A DNA stretch of 32,000 nt. Source: Candidatus Saccharimonadota bacterium. Its GTDB lineage: Bacteria > Patescibacteriota > Patescibacteriia > 2-12-FULL-60-25. The notes under the pieces were generated by a model. It searched no databases. It was given only the letters and a program-made list of their open reading frames with translations, and was not told where the DNA came from. Position numbers and translations under genes: made by a program. The DNA lies in assembly GCA_963718585.1 (NCBI GenBank), contig OY970357.1, forward strand, positions 30,001-62,000, read 5' to 3'. Below, piece after piece: positions 15,880-22,333 of the stretch; position 1 is the stretch's first letter; each line of letters starts with the position of its first letter.

Positions 15880-16919
15880 CCATGCAGCCAGACCGCAGAC
15901 TCATCGATGTCGCCGCGCCCGCAGATTGGGAGGCGTTCGTCGCTCATCAACCGTATGCGCAATTCCTGCAGTCCTGGGCTTGGGGAGAATTCCGTCATCA
16001 GACCGGATGTCCGATCCGGCGGTTTGCCCTTGCGGACCATGAGGGACGGTGGCGTGCCGCGATCCAACTGGAATATCGGAAACGGCGATTCATGGGATAT
16101 TGGTTCGCGCCGCGCGGACCGATCTTCTCCCATACGCTCACAGCGGAGGGGCGCCGAGATGCGATCCGTGAGCTGACCGAAGCCCTGCTCCAACATCCGG
16201 AGTTGCGGAGCCATGTGCTTTTTTGGCGCATGGAGCCGCTCTCGCGACTCGCGGATCCGGAAGGACTGGTCCCGCTTTCGTTCCGACGATCTCCGGCACA
16301 GGATCCTTCCTCGACCTTGGTCCTTGACCTCTCGCGTTCGGAAGAGGATCTGCTCGCGGCCATGCATGAAAAGACGCGATACAACATCCGCGTGGCCGAA
16401 CGGCACGGGGTCCGGACGCGCCTCGGATCTACGCCGGCAGATACGGACGCGTTCCTCGCCCTCATGAGCGAAACGGCGACCCGGGATCACTTCGTTCAGC
16501 GAGACCTCACGTACGTTCGGAAGACATTGGAGATTCTTCGCGCGCGCGGTATGGCGGCGTTACGTCTCGCGGAAATCGAAGGTCGGATCGTCGTGGCGAA
16601 CATGGAGATCCGATATGGGGATACGGTGACGTATCTCTACGGCGCGTCGGCTTCGGCGGATCGAAAGACCATGGCGCCATACGCCTTGCATTGGGATGCG
16701 ATCCGCGCGGCGAAGCAGGATGGATTCACGCGGTATGATCTGTGGGGCGCAAATCCGCTATCCAAAGCCATGTTCTCCTATAAATCCTCGTGGGAAGGGA
16801 TCACGCGATTCAAACGGGGTTGGGGAGGCGAGCGGGTCGATCTTGTCGGGACGTGGGATCTGCCATTTAACCTCTTTCTGTATCGGCTTGCGTTTCTGAA
16901 GCAGTTTTTCCGAAATTGA
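15876..16919 (+). CDS. FemAB-family peptidoglycan interpeptide-bridge aminoacyltransferase
   Basis: 347 aa with FLQSWAWGEF, KTRYNIRVAERHGV, YLYGASASADRKTMAPYALHW and RFKRGWGG blocks. GTG 15876 overlaps the ruvA TGA (GTGA); the alternative start is ATG 15882. Confidence 0.85.
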   Translation: MTMQPDRRLIDVAAPADWEAFVAHQPYAQFLQSWAWGEFRHQTGCPIRRFALADHEGRWRAAIQLEYRKRRFMGYWFAPRGPIFSHTLTAEGRRDAIRELTEALLQHPELRSHVLFWRMEPLSRLADPEGLVPLSFRRSPAQDPSSTLVLDLSRSEEDLLAAMHEKTRYNIRVAERHGVRTRLGSTPADTDAFLALMSETATRDHFVQRDLTYVRKTLEILRARGMAALRLAEIEGRIVVANMEIRYGDTVTYLYGASASADRKTMAPYALHWDAIRAAKQDGFTRYDLWGANPLSKAMFSYKSSWEGITRFKRGWGGERVDLVGTWDLPFNLFLYRLAFLKQFFRN

Positions 16920-16989
16920 GGTCATCCGTGCGCCCCGGTCCGGAAAAAGGTACACTGGAAACGTTCTTATTCTTAACCGTTATTTTCAT

Positions 16990-17271
16990 ATGATGGGAAA
17001 AATGTGCGGTGTCCATAAGGTCGCGTGGGTCCTCCTGATCGTTGGAGGTCTCAATTGGGGCCTTGTCGGGTTGAATCCCGGCTGGAACGTGGTCCATCTG
17101 CTCCTGGGTAGTTGGATGTGGCTCGAGCGGCTCGTCTACATCCTCGTCGGTCTGTCGGCGATCGCCATGCTCGGCGTCACCAAGTGTTGCATGACCTGCA
17201 ATGCCAAGGAGAAGAAAAGTATGGGGGGCTCTGGTTCCGGCCAGATGCCTGGTGGTGGACAGAAGATGTGA
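16990..17271 (+). CDS. DUF378 (YuzA-like) small membrane protein with Cys/Gly-rich tail
   Basis: VAWVLLIVGGLNWGLVGL...LVYILVGLSAI matches the DUF378 signature. C-terminal tail KCCMTCNAKEKKSMGGSGSGQMPGGGQKM. Confidence 0.8.
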   Translation: MMGKMCGVHKVAWVLLIVGGLNWGLVGLNPGWNVVHLLLGSWMWLERLVYILVGLSAIAMLGVTKCCMTCNAKEKKSMGGSGSGQMPGGGQKM

Positions 17272-17281
17272 CAGAACGAAA

Positions 17282-17310
17282 AGATCAGGCGAAAGCCTGG
17301 TCTTTTATTT
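17282..17310 (+). terminator. intrinsic terminator after the DUF378 gene
   Basis: AGATCAGGC-GAAA-GCCTGGTCT (one G-U pair) followed by TTTTATTT. Confidence 0.75.
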
Positions 17311-17440
17311 CAGCCATCTCATCTTAGTTCCGCATATCGAGAACCGGACGCCGGTGGGCGAGCGAGGCTGGATCCCCTGCGAGGACCATTGACCATCTCC
17401 TGTGTAGCCTCTGAATCCGATGGTCGGCGGATCAGGATGA

Positions 17441-17477
17441 TAAAAAGAAAAACCCCTTCCTTCGAAAAGGTCGGGGT
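17441..17477 (-). terminator. intrinsic terminator after the CDP-alcohol phosphatidyltransferase gene
   Basis: Minus-sense ACCCCGACCTT-TTCG-AAGGAAGGGGT (with internal loop) followed by TTTTTCTTTTTAT. Confidence 0.7.
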
Positions 17478-17481
17478 GAGT

Positions 17482-18207
17482 TCAGAGGTCTTTGTGGGTG
17501 AAGTTCTCACCCACGTGGTCAACGACCTCGTCGATCCGAGGATGAAGACGGATCCGCGAGAGGACGCTCAAGACACCGAGGACGAGCGCAATGCTGAAGA
17601 GCGTGTTCGCAATGCGCGCATCATGCGTCCATCTGAGGATGACAGGGAGCACAGCGATCAGCCCGAACATCTGGGTGAGTGTTTTGATCTTGCCGATCCA
17701 CGTGGCGCTTTCGCCGCGCGTATAGTCACCGCCGAGAGAGAACGGATGGCGCATCAACGTCCCAAGGAGGTCGATACCGATGATCGCGATGACGAGCCAG
17801 ACCTCAATGGCATGGGACCACGCCATATAGACGAGCGTGGGGAGGACGCGGCCTTTGTCCGCGAGCGGATCGATCCGTTTACCGAACGCGATGTCTTCTG
17901 CGGTCCGCGGGATCCCGGCCTCGGTCATGGCCTTGGCCATCTTGCCATCGATCACGTCGAGGATGCAGCCGGTAACACCGAGCTGGAAACCGACCATATG
18001 CTGATGGCAGAAGAAGAGTACGGCACCGGCCCAATAAAAGGCGAACCCCCAAAAGGTGATCCAGTTCGGGGAGAGGTACGGTTTCGTACTCCATGCCGCC
18101 AGTGTCCGCTTTGGGATGATGAGGATCGACACGCATTGGATGAGGCCGATCACAAGCGCGATGTCTGCGCGAAGGACCCATGGGAGCGATTCCCAGAACG
18201 TGTGCAT
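17482..18207 (-). CDS. CDP-alcohol phosphatidyltransferase family protein
   Basis: Polytopic membrane protein with DVIDGKMAK...GKRIDPLADK, i.e. the D-G-x2-A-[RK]...G-x3-D-x3-D motif with a longer than usual insert. GGAGG lies just upstream of ATG 18207. Confidence 0.8.
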   Translation of the reverse strand: MHTFWESLPWVLRADIALVIGLIQCVSILIIPKRTLAAWSTKPYLSPNWITFWGFAFYWAGAVLFFCHQHMVGFQLGVTGCILDVIDGKMAKAMTEAGIPRTAEDIAFGKRIDPLADKGRVLPTLVYMAWSHAIEVWLVIAIIGIDLLGTLMRHPFSLGGDYTRGESATWIGKIKTLTQMFGLIAVLPVILRWTHDARIANTLFSIALVLGVLSVLSRIRLHPRIDEVVDHVGENFTHKDL

Positions 18208-18240
18208 CCAACCTCCGGTGGTGGGTGAAAGGACGCCGTC

Positions 18241-18269
18241 GGTGTATCACGACACCGGAGAAGGTTCAA
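18241..18269 (-). promoter_or_regulatory. candidate promoter for 17482..18207
   Basis: Minus-sense TTGAAC (18269..18264), 17-nt spacer, TACACC (18246..18241). Confidence 0.45.
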
Positions 18270-18282
18270 GATGCGGGATCGA

Positions 18283-18309
18283 AAAGACAGCGGTCGTCCC
18301 GCTGTCTTT
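18283..18309 (-). terminator. hairpin/terminator after tRNA-Arg
   Basis: Minus-sense AAAGACAGCGG-GACGA-CCGCTGTCTTT followed by T and then CGAT. The U-tract is short. Confidence 0.5.
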
Positions 18310-18312
18310 ACA

Positions 18313-18389
18313 TGGTGCACCCCAGACGATTCGAACGTCTGACCTCTTCCTTCGGAGGGAAGCGCTCTATCCAGCTGAGCTAGGGGTGC
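18313..18389 (-). tRNA. tRNA-Arg (anticodon CCG), CCA encoded
   Basis: The 77-nt minus-sense sequence GCACCCCTAGCTCAGCTGGATAGAGCGCTTCCCTCCGAAGGAAGAGGTCAGACGTTCGAATCGTCTGGGGTGCACCA folds as a cloverleaf. Acceptor GCACCCC/GGGGTGC, anticodon loop CUCCGAA, T-loop TTCGAAT. Confidence 0.9.
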
Positions 18390-18403
18390 ATGGAAGTGGT
18401 GAG

Positions 18404-18432
18404 AGCGTAGCGGAGTTCTCGTTGCTTTTCAA
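18404..18432 (-). promoter_or_regulatory. candidate promoter for tRNA-Arg
   Basis: Minus-sense TTGAAA (18432..18427), 17-nt spacer, TACGCT (18409..18404). The tRNA 5' end follows 14 nt later. Confidence 0.5.
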
Positions 18433-18455
18433 GCTTACGCGCCCGCATCTTCATC

Positions 18456-18484
18456 TTGACGCATGGGTCGTCATTCGATATTAT
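18456..18484 (+). promoter_or_regulatory. sigma-70-type promoter for the tRNA-Lys unit
   Basis: TTGACG (18456..18461), 17-nt spacer, TATTAT (18479..18484). This is the best -10 element in the window. Confidence 0.7.
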
Positions 18485-18585
18485 CCGGCCACAAGAAAAA
18501 AGGCCTGCGTCGGCATGGAGAACCATACAGACGCGGCGTTCCCTCGGGATATACGGGGCTTTGCCCCGTCATCCCACACTCACTT

Positions 18586-18661
18586 GCGTCGGTAGCTCAG
18601 CTGGTAGAGCAGGGGCCTCTTAAGCCCAAGGTCCTGGGTTCGATCCCCAGCCGACGCACCA
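18586..18661 (+). tRNA. tRNA-Lys (anticodon CUU), CCA encoded
   Basis: The 76-nt sequence GCGTCGGTAGCTCAGCTGGTAGAGCAGGGGCCTCTTAAGCCCAAGGTCCTGGGTTCGATCCCCAGCCGACGCACCA folds as a cloverleaf. Acceptor GCGTCGG/CCGACGC, anticodon loop CUCUUAA, T-arm CTGGG-TTCGATC-CCCAG. Confidence 0.9.
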
Positions 18662-18663
18662 TG

Positions 18664-18693
18664 AAGAACCCCGCATTTGCGGGGTTCTTGTTT
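18664..18693 (+). terminator. hairpin/terminator T1 directly after tRNA-Lys
   Basis: AAGAACCCCGC-ATTT-GCGGGGTTCTT followed by GTTTG. The T-run is interrupted. Confidence 0.6.
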
Positions 18694-18696
18694 GAT

Positions 18697-18823
18697 GGCT
18701 GGGGATCGAACCAGGGAAGGGTGAAACCGTGAGGTTTCACTTGCTGAGGAAAGCGCACGAAAACCCGAAGGTTTTCGTGGAAGGAGCGGAGCGACGATGT
18801 AAGCATCCCCAGCCGACGCACCA
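18697..18823 (+). repeat. structured module 1 ending in a perfect 19-nt copy of the tRNA-Lys 3' end
   Basis: The 5' arm GGCTGGGGATCGAACC (18697..18712) is the exact reverse complement of tRNA positions 18637..18652. Hairpins lie at 18721..18740 (GTGA loop) and 18756..18779. The 3' end ATCCCCAGCCGACGCACCA (18805..18823) is identical to 18643..18661. Confidence 0.8.
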
Positions 18824-18828
18824 AGACG

Positions 18829-18856
18829 AAGATCCCCACATGGGGATTTTTGTTTT
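18829..18856 (+). terminator. hairpin/terminator T2 after module 1
   Basis: AAGATCCCC-ACAT-GGGGATTTT followed by TGTTTT. Confidence 0.65.
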
Positions 18857-18859
18857 GGC

Positions 18860-18981
18860 GGCTGGGAGATCGAATGGGGAGGGTGATGGGAACCGGGAGG
18901 TTCCCATGACGGAAGTTTGAAACCGATGGGTTTCAAAAAAGCGAGCGAAGCGAGCGCGTGAGATCCCCAGCCGACGCACCA
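18860..18981 (+). repeat. structured module 2 ending in a perfect 19-nt copy of the tRNA-Lys 3' end
   Basis: The 5' arm is GGCTGGGAGATCGAAT (18860..18875). Hairpins lie at 18886..18907 (GGGA loop) and 18916..18937. The 3' end ATCCCCAGCCGACGCACCA is at 18963..18981. The order of elements is the same as in module 1. Confidence 0.8.
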
Positions 18982-18985
18982 ATGG

Positions 18986-19013
18986 AAAGACCTCGTCACC
19001 GCGGGGTCTTTTT
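18986..19013 (+). terminator. intrinsic terminator T3 after module 2
   Basis: AAGACCTCG-TCACCG-CGGGGTCTT (one G-U pair) followed by TTTG. It abuts the -35 element of the sigma-factor gene. Confidence 0.7.
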
Positions 19014-19017
19014 GTCA

Positions 19018-19045
19018 TTGACAACGTCTCTTCGTTCCATAAAGC
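19018..19045 (+). promoter_or_regulatory. candidate promoter for the sigma-factor gene
   Basis: Perfect -35 TTGACA (19018..19023). The -10 is weak (TAAAGC, 19040..19045, 16-nt spacer). ATG at 19057 has no SD. Confidence 0.4.
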
Positions 19046-19056
19046 TGAAAAATGCC

Positions 19057-20487
19057 ATGAGGAAGAAACGGAAGAGCGGCAGTGTTCCTTCACCATCTGT
19101 GACGCGTGCGTCGCAGCCTCCCGATCAGGAGGTGAGCTCGGCCCGGGATGAGCTCGCCCCGTACTTCGCCCTTCGTCGGATGTACCCCGTGCTGACCCAA
19201 GAGGAGTTCAACAGCGCGCTCAAGGTCTATCGGACGGCAAAGACCAAGGCAGCTCGCGAGCATGCTCGCGACAAGCTGACCTTCTCGAACATCGGGTTGA
19301 TCATCACCATCGCGTATCGGTCTCGGCATCATGGCGTGCGGTTGAGCCTGCTCGTCAATGAAGCGCTCGCCGTCATGGCGACGATCGTGCTCGACAAGTT
19401 CGATGAGACGCGTGGATTGAAGATCTCGACCTACGCCTCGTGGTGGATCCGCAGCGCGATCCACAACTCGATCCGCATGCACAAGACGGGAATGGCGGTC
19501 AGTATTCCGGAATACCAGATGATCAATCTGGGGCTCATCACCCGCGCGCGGAAGGAATTCAAGCGCGCGAATGGGAGAGTGCCGGATCAGGAGGAGCTCC
19601 TGAAGACCATCAATGGGTTCGATGCGAAAGTAGCGAAGGCGATAACGATGGAGAAGCTGAAGAACACGCTCCAATACGCCAGCATCCATGTCGATTCGTT
19701 CGACGCCCCCCTTCATCCGGATGCGGAGTTCACGCTTGGAGATATCCTTCCAGCGCCAGTACAGGATGGGCATTCGATCGAGGAGCGACTTTCCGAACCC
19801 GGTGGGATCGGGGAGCGGGTCCAAGAGGCCCTTGCAGAACTCGCGACCGTCAAGCCGCGTCATCATCTCATCGTTCGGTGCCGATACGGCTTGGACGGTC
19901 AATATCCAGAGACGCTCAAGACCGCCGGGAGCCGATTGAAGATCTCGCGTGAACGCGCGCGGCAGATCCAGAATGAGGCGCTTCGGTTCATGAGAAAGAT
20001 CACCGGGATCTCGGAAGAGCGGCTTGATGCGGTCCTGCTCGCGCTCGGGGAGATGGCCGTCTTCGAACCGGAAGTAGAGTCGCTCCCGAACGGCATGTCA
20101 TTGAACGGAGATGAGATGGAGGAGGTCTTCGCGATCTTCTCGGAGCATGCTGTGGACTGGCGCGGCCGTGGGACGTACCGCGTCCTCGCACCGTTTCAGA
20201 CGCTCTGCGCGCGTGTTCCTGTCCCGTCGGATGTCATCCGTCGGACCCTCCACAGTTTCAACACCTACAAGTGGATCGAAGCGGTTGAGGACCAGGATGC
20301 CGTGATCCTTCTGCGGACGGATCAGGTCCCGGCGCTGAAAAAGCCAGGTTCGGAGAAGAAGACCGCGAAGAAAAAGCGGTCTACGAAGACAGGAAAGAAG
20401 CGTCCGGTGAAGCGCCTGACGTTCGCGACACAGAAGAGCAATATCCGTCTCCGTCAGCGGAGACGGAAGAACGATCAGCCGACGTGA
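19057..20487 (+). CDS. sigma-70 family RNA polymerase sigma factor with ~160-aa C-terminal extension and basic tail
   Basis: Region 2 (DKFDETRGLKISTYASWWIRSAIHNSI), a region 3-like segment, and region 4 (IVRCRYGLDG...TLKTAGSRLKISRERARQIQNEALRFMRKI). Start set at ATG 19057; the GTG 18958 extension would read through the tRNA-end repeat and terminator T3. Confidence 0.85.
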   Translation: MRKKRKSGSVPSPSVTRASQPPDQEVSSARDELAPYFALRRMYPVLTQEEFNSALKVYRTAKTKAAREHARDKLTFSNIGLIITIAYRSRHHGVRLSLLVNEALAVMATIVLDKFDETRGLKISTYASWWIRSAIHNSIRMHKTGMAVSIPEYQMINLGLITRARKEFKRANGRVPDQEELLKTINGFDAKVAKAITMEKLKNTLQYASIHVDSFDAPLHPDAEFTLGDILPAPVQDGHSIEERLSEPGGIGERVQEALAELATVKPRHHLIVRCRYGLDGQYPETLKTAGSRLKISRERARQIQNEALRFMRKITGISEERLDAVLLALGEMAVFEPEVESLPNGMSLNGDEMEEVFAIFSEHAVDWRGRGTYRVLAPFQTLCARVPVPSDVIRRTLHSFNTYKWIEAVEDQDAVILLRTDQVPALKKPGSEKKTAKKKRSTKTGKKRPVKRLTFATQKSNIRLRQRRRKNDQPT

Positions 20488-20503
20488 GTCGCTCTTTGAC
20501 CTC

Positions 20504-20534
20504 ATCCCGCCCTTCGCGAAGGGCGGGATTTTTG
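20504..20534 (+). terminator. intrinsic terminator after the sigma-factor gene
   Basis: Perfect palindrome ATCCCGCCCTTCG/CGAAGGGCGGGAT followed by TTTTTG. Confidence 0.85.
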
Positions 20535-20538
20535 ACGG

Positions 20539-20566
20539 TTGACAATTCGGCCCAAAATGGCATAGT
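20539..20566 (+). promoter_or_regulatory. candidate promoter for 20629..20898
   Basis: TTGACA (20539..20544), 16-nt spacer, CATAGT (20561..20566). Confidence 0.5.
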
Positions 20567-20628
20567 GTCGTCAGCTCCTTACTGCTGCTTCTGATCCGAT
20601 GATGTGTGAAAACGGAAGGAGAGAGACG

Positions 20629-20898
20629 ATGACAAGTACGGTTCGACTCATTCCCGTGGGTCAGGCAGAGATCCGGTCCGAAGAGGAAGAGTCAGAGAGT
20701 GTGGAGCTCATTGCGCTCCAGGGAGGATCTCTCGGCCAGTTTTACGAGAAGCGGCACGATCCGCGCCTGAGTCGGTTCGCCGGCAAGCGGTGTCAGGGCA
20801 GTAAGCCCGATGGATCACAATGCACGACGCGGATCGCGTCATACAATCACGATGCGGAGGGCCTCTGCTTCGTCTGCCAGCGACAGCGCAAAATATAG
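20629..20898 (+). CDS. small acidic protein with C-terminal four-Cys zinc-ribbon-like motif
   Basis: GGAAGGAGAG lies 5 nt upstream of ATG 20629. The 89-aa product carries C-x9-C...C-x2-C (KRCQGSKPDGSQC...LCFVCQRQ). No family recognised. Confidence 0.6.
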   Translation: MTSTVRLIPVGQAEIRSEEEESESVELIALQGGSLGQFYEKRHDPRLSRFAGKRCQGSKPDGSQCTTRIASYNHDAEGLCFVCQRQRKI

Positions 20899-20921
20899 GC
20901 GGCGCACGCGTCGACACTTTC

Positions 20922-20954
20922 ACCCCGGTCATCTCGACCGGGGTTTCTGTTATT
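20922..20954 (+). terminator. intrinsic terminator after 20629..20898
   Basis: ACCCCGGTC-ATCTC-GACCGGGGT followed by TTCTGTTATT. Confidence 0.75.
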
Positions 20955-21003
20955 CCGCCGCATGGACAACCCCGGTCCAAACGGCTAACCTTCCAACCAT
21001 TCT

Positions 21004-22281
21004 ATGCGTCTCACAGGCCTCTTCACCAAGACTTCCAAGACCCCTCCGGCCGATGCCGAATCCGCGAACGCGCGATTCCTCGTTCAGGCCGGGTATGTCG
21101 ACCAGCTCATGGCCGGTGTCTACACGTATCTCCCGCTGGGTTTGCGCGTACTGAATCGGATCCAGAACATCGTCCGTGATGAGATGGATGCACTTGGCGC
21201 CCAGGAGGTCCTCATGCCTGCGCTCACCCCGGCCGAGCCGTGGAAGATCACCGGTCGTTGGACCGACCCGGGGCCTGAGGTCATGTTCCAGTTCAAAGGC
21301 GCTGGCGACCGCGATCTCGGCCTTGGCTGGACGCACGAGGAGATCGTGACCCCACTCCTGAAGAAATTCATCCAGTCGTACAAGGATCTGCCCGTGGCCG
21401 TCTATCAGGTGCAGGACAAATTCCGCAACGAGCTGCGTGCCAAGTCCGGGATCCTGCGCGGGCGCGAATTCAACATGAAGGATCTGTACAGCTTCCATGC
21501 GTCGGTCGAGGAGCTCGAAGCCTACTATGACAAGGCATTGGAGGCGTATCTCCGCGTGTTTCGACGGTGCGGGATCGATGCGATCCCGACGGAAGCGTCG
21601 GGCGGTGCGTTTTCCAAGGTCAGTCATGAATTTCAGATGCCGACCGAGAGCGGGGAGGATGTGATCTTCGTGAATCAGGCCGGTGATTATGCCTGGAATC
21701 GCGAGGTCGTGCCGGACATGAAGGATGGCGATGACGCACCGGATGGCTCCGGTCCGGTCCGTGAGATGAAAGCGATCGAGGTCGGGAACATCTTCAAATT
21801 GAAGACGCGCTTCACGGACGCATTCAATGTCGAATTCACGGACGAGGACGGATCGCGGAAAAAGGTGCAGATGGGATGCTACGGCATCGGTCCGTCGCGC
21901 GTCATGGGCGCGATCGTCGAGGCATCGCATGACGACCGTGGGATCATCTGGCCAAAGGTCGTGGCACCGTACGCCGTCCATATCGTCTCGATCAACGCGA
22001 AGAGTGACGAGATGCAGGACCGACTCATCGAGGCGGCCGAGGATCTGCATGACACCCTCGTGCAGGAAGGGATCGAGGTATTGTGGGATGACCGTGAGGT
22101 CAGTGCCGGACAGAAGCTTGCGGACGCGGACCTCATCGGATGTCCGCTCCGTCTGGTGATCTCGGAGAAAACGCTCGTAGAAGAGTCTGCGGAATGGAAA
22201 CTGCGTGCGACCGAAGAGATGAAGCTTGTGAATTTGCAGGACGCGGTCGAAGAGATCCGTTCGTTCGTGAAAGAAGTCTAA
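21004..22281 (+). CDS. proS: prolyl-tRNA synthetase, bacterial-type core without INS editing domain
   Basis: 425 aa with class II motifs (FRNELRAKSGILRGREFNMKDLYSFH; MGCYGIGPSRVMGAIVE) and an anticodon-binding domain. Only ~25 aa sit where E. coli-type ProRS carries the ~180-aa INS. Confidence 0.95.
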   Translation: MRLTGLFTKTSKTPPADAESANARFLVQAGYVDQLMAGVYTYLPLGLRVLNRIQNIVRDEMDALGAQEVLMPALTPAEPWKITGRWTDPGPEVMFQFKGAGDRDLGLGWTHEEIVTPLLKKFIQSYKDLPVAVYQVQDKFRNELRAKSGILRGREFNMKDLYSFHASVEELEAYYDKALEAYLRVFRRCGIDAIPTEASGGAFSKVSHEFQMPTESGEDVIFVNQAGDYAWNREVVPDMKDGDDAPDGSGPVREMKAIEVGNIFKLKTRFTDAFNVEFTDEDGSRKKVQMGCYGIGPSRVMGAIVEASHDDRGIIWPKVVAPYAVHIVSINAKSDEMQDRLIEAAEDLHDTLVQEGIEVLWDDREVSAGQKLADADLIGCPLRLVISEKTLVEESAEWKLRATEEMKLVNLQDAVEEIRSFVKEV

Positions 22282-22290
22282 GGTCGAGTG

Positions 22291-22328
22291 AAAAAGAAGA
22301 ACGCCCCGGGAAGCCCGGGGCGTTTTTG
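22291..22328. terminator. bidirectional intrinsic terminator between convergent proS and 22334..23419
   Basis: ACGCCCCGGG-AAG-CCCGGGGCGT is flanked by A-rich AAAAAGAAGA on the left and TTTT on the right, so it can serve both strands. Confidence 0.85.
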
Positions 22329-22333
22329 GGAGT

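Noticed and set aside
18745-18756. GAGGAAAG string reminiscent of the RNase P RNA CR-I element
   Set aside because: It is an isolated 8-mer. None of the other RNase P conserved regions are present, and there is no ~350-nt scaffold.
18781-18802. SD-preceded start-stop mini-ORF (GGAAGGAG-N10-ATG-TAA) inside module 1
   Set aside because: It is not conserved at the equivalent position of module 2, so it is probably a by-product of the purine-rich tract. It is recorded only as a caveat.
18697-18981. Possible CRISPR array (repeated GAAACC...GGTTTC hairpins and the 19-mer)
   Set aside because: There are only two or three copies. The units are ~160 nt with internally structured, mutually homologous 'spacers'. 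The repeat equals a tRNA 3' end. No cas genes are in the window.
18580-19096. ORFs of 139, 119, 89, 80 and 63 aa across the tRNA-Lys/repeat region, and the GTG 18958 extension of the sigma-factor ORF
   Set aside because: They read through a tRNA gene, three terminator hairpins and the repeat modules. They have no SD and odd composition. The sigma start at 19057 follows a TTGACA promoter motif.
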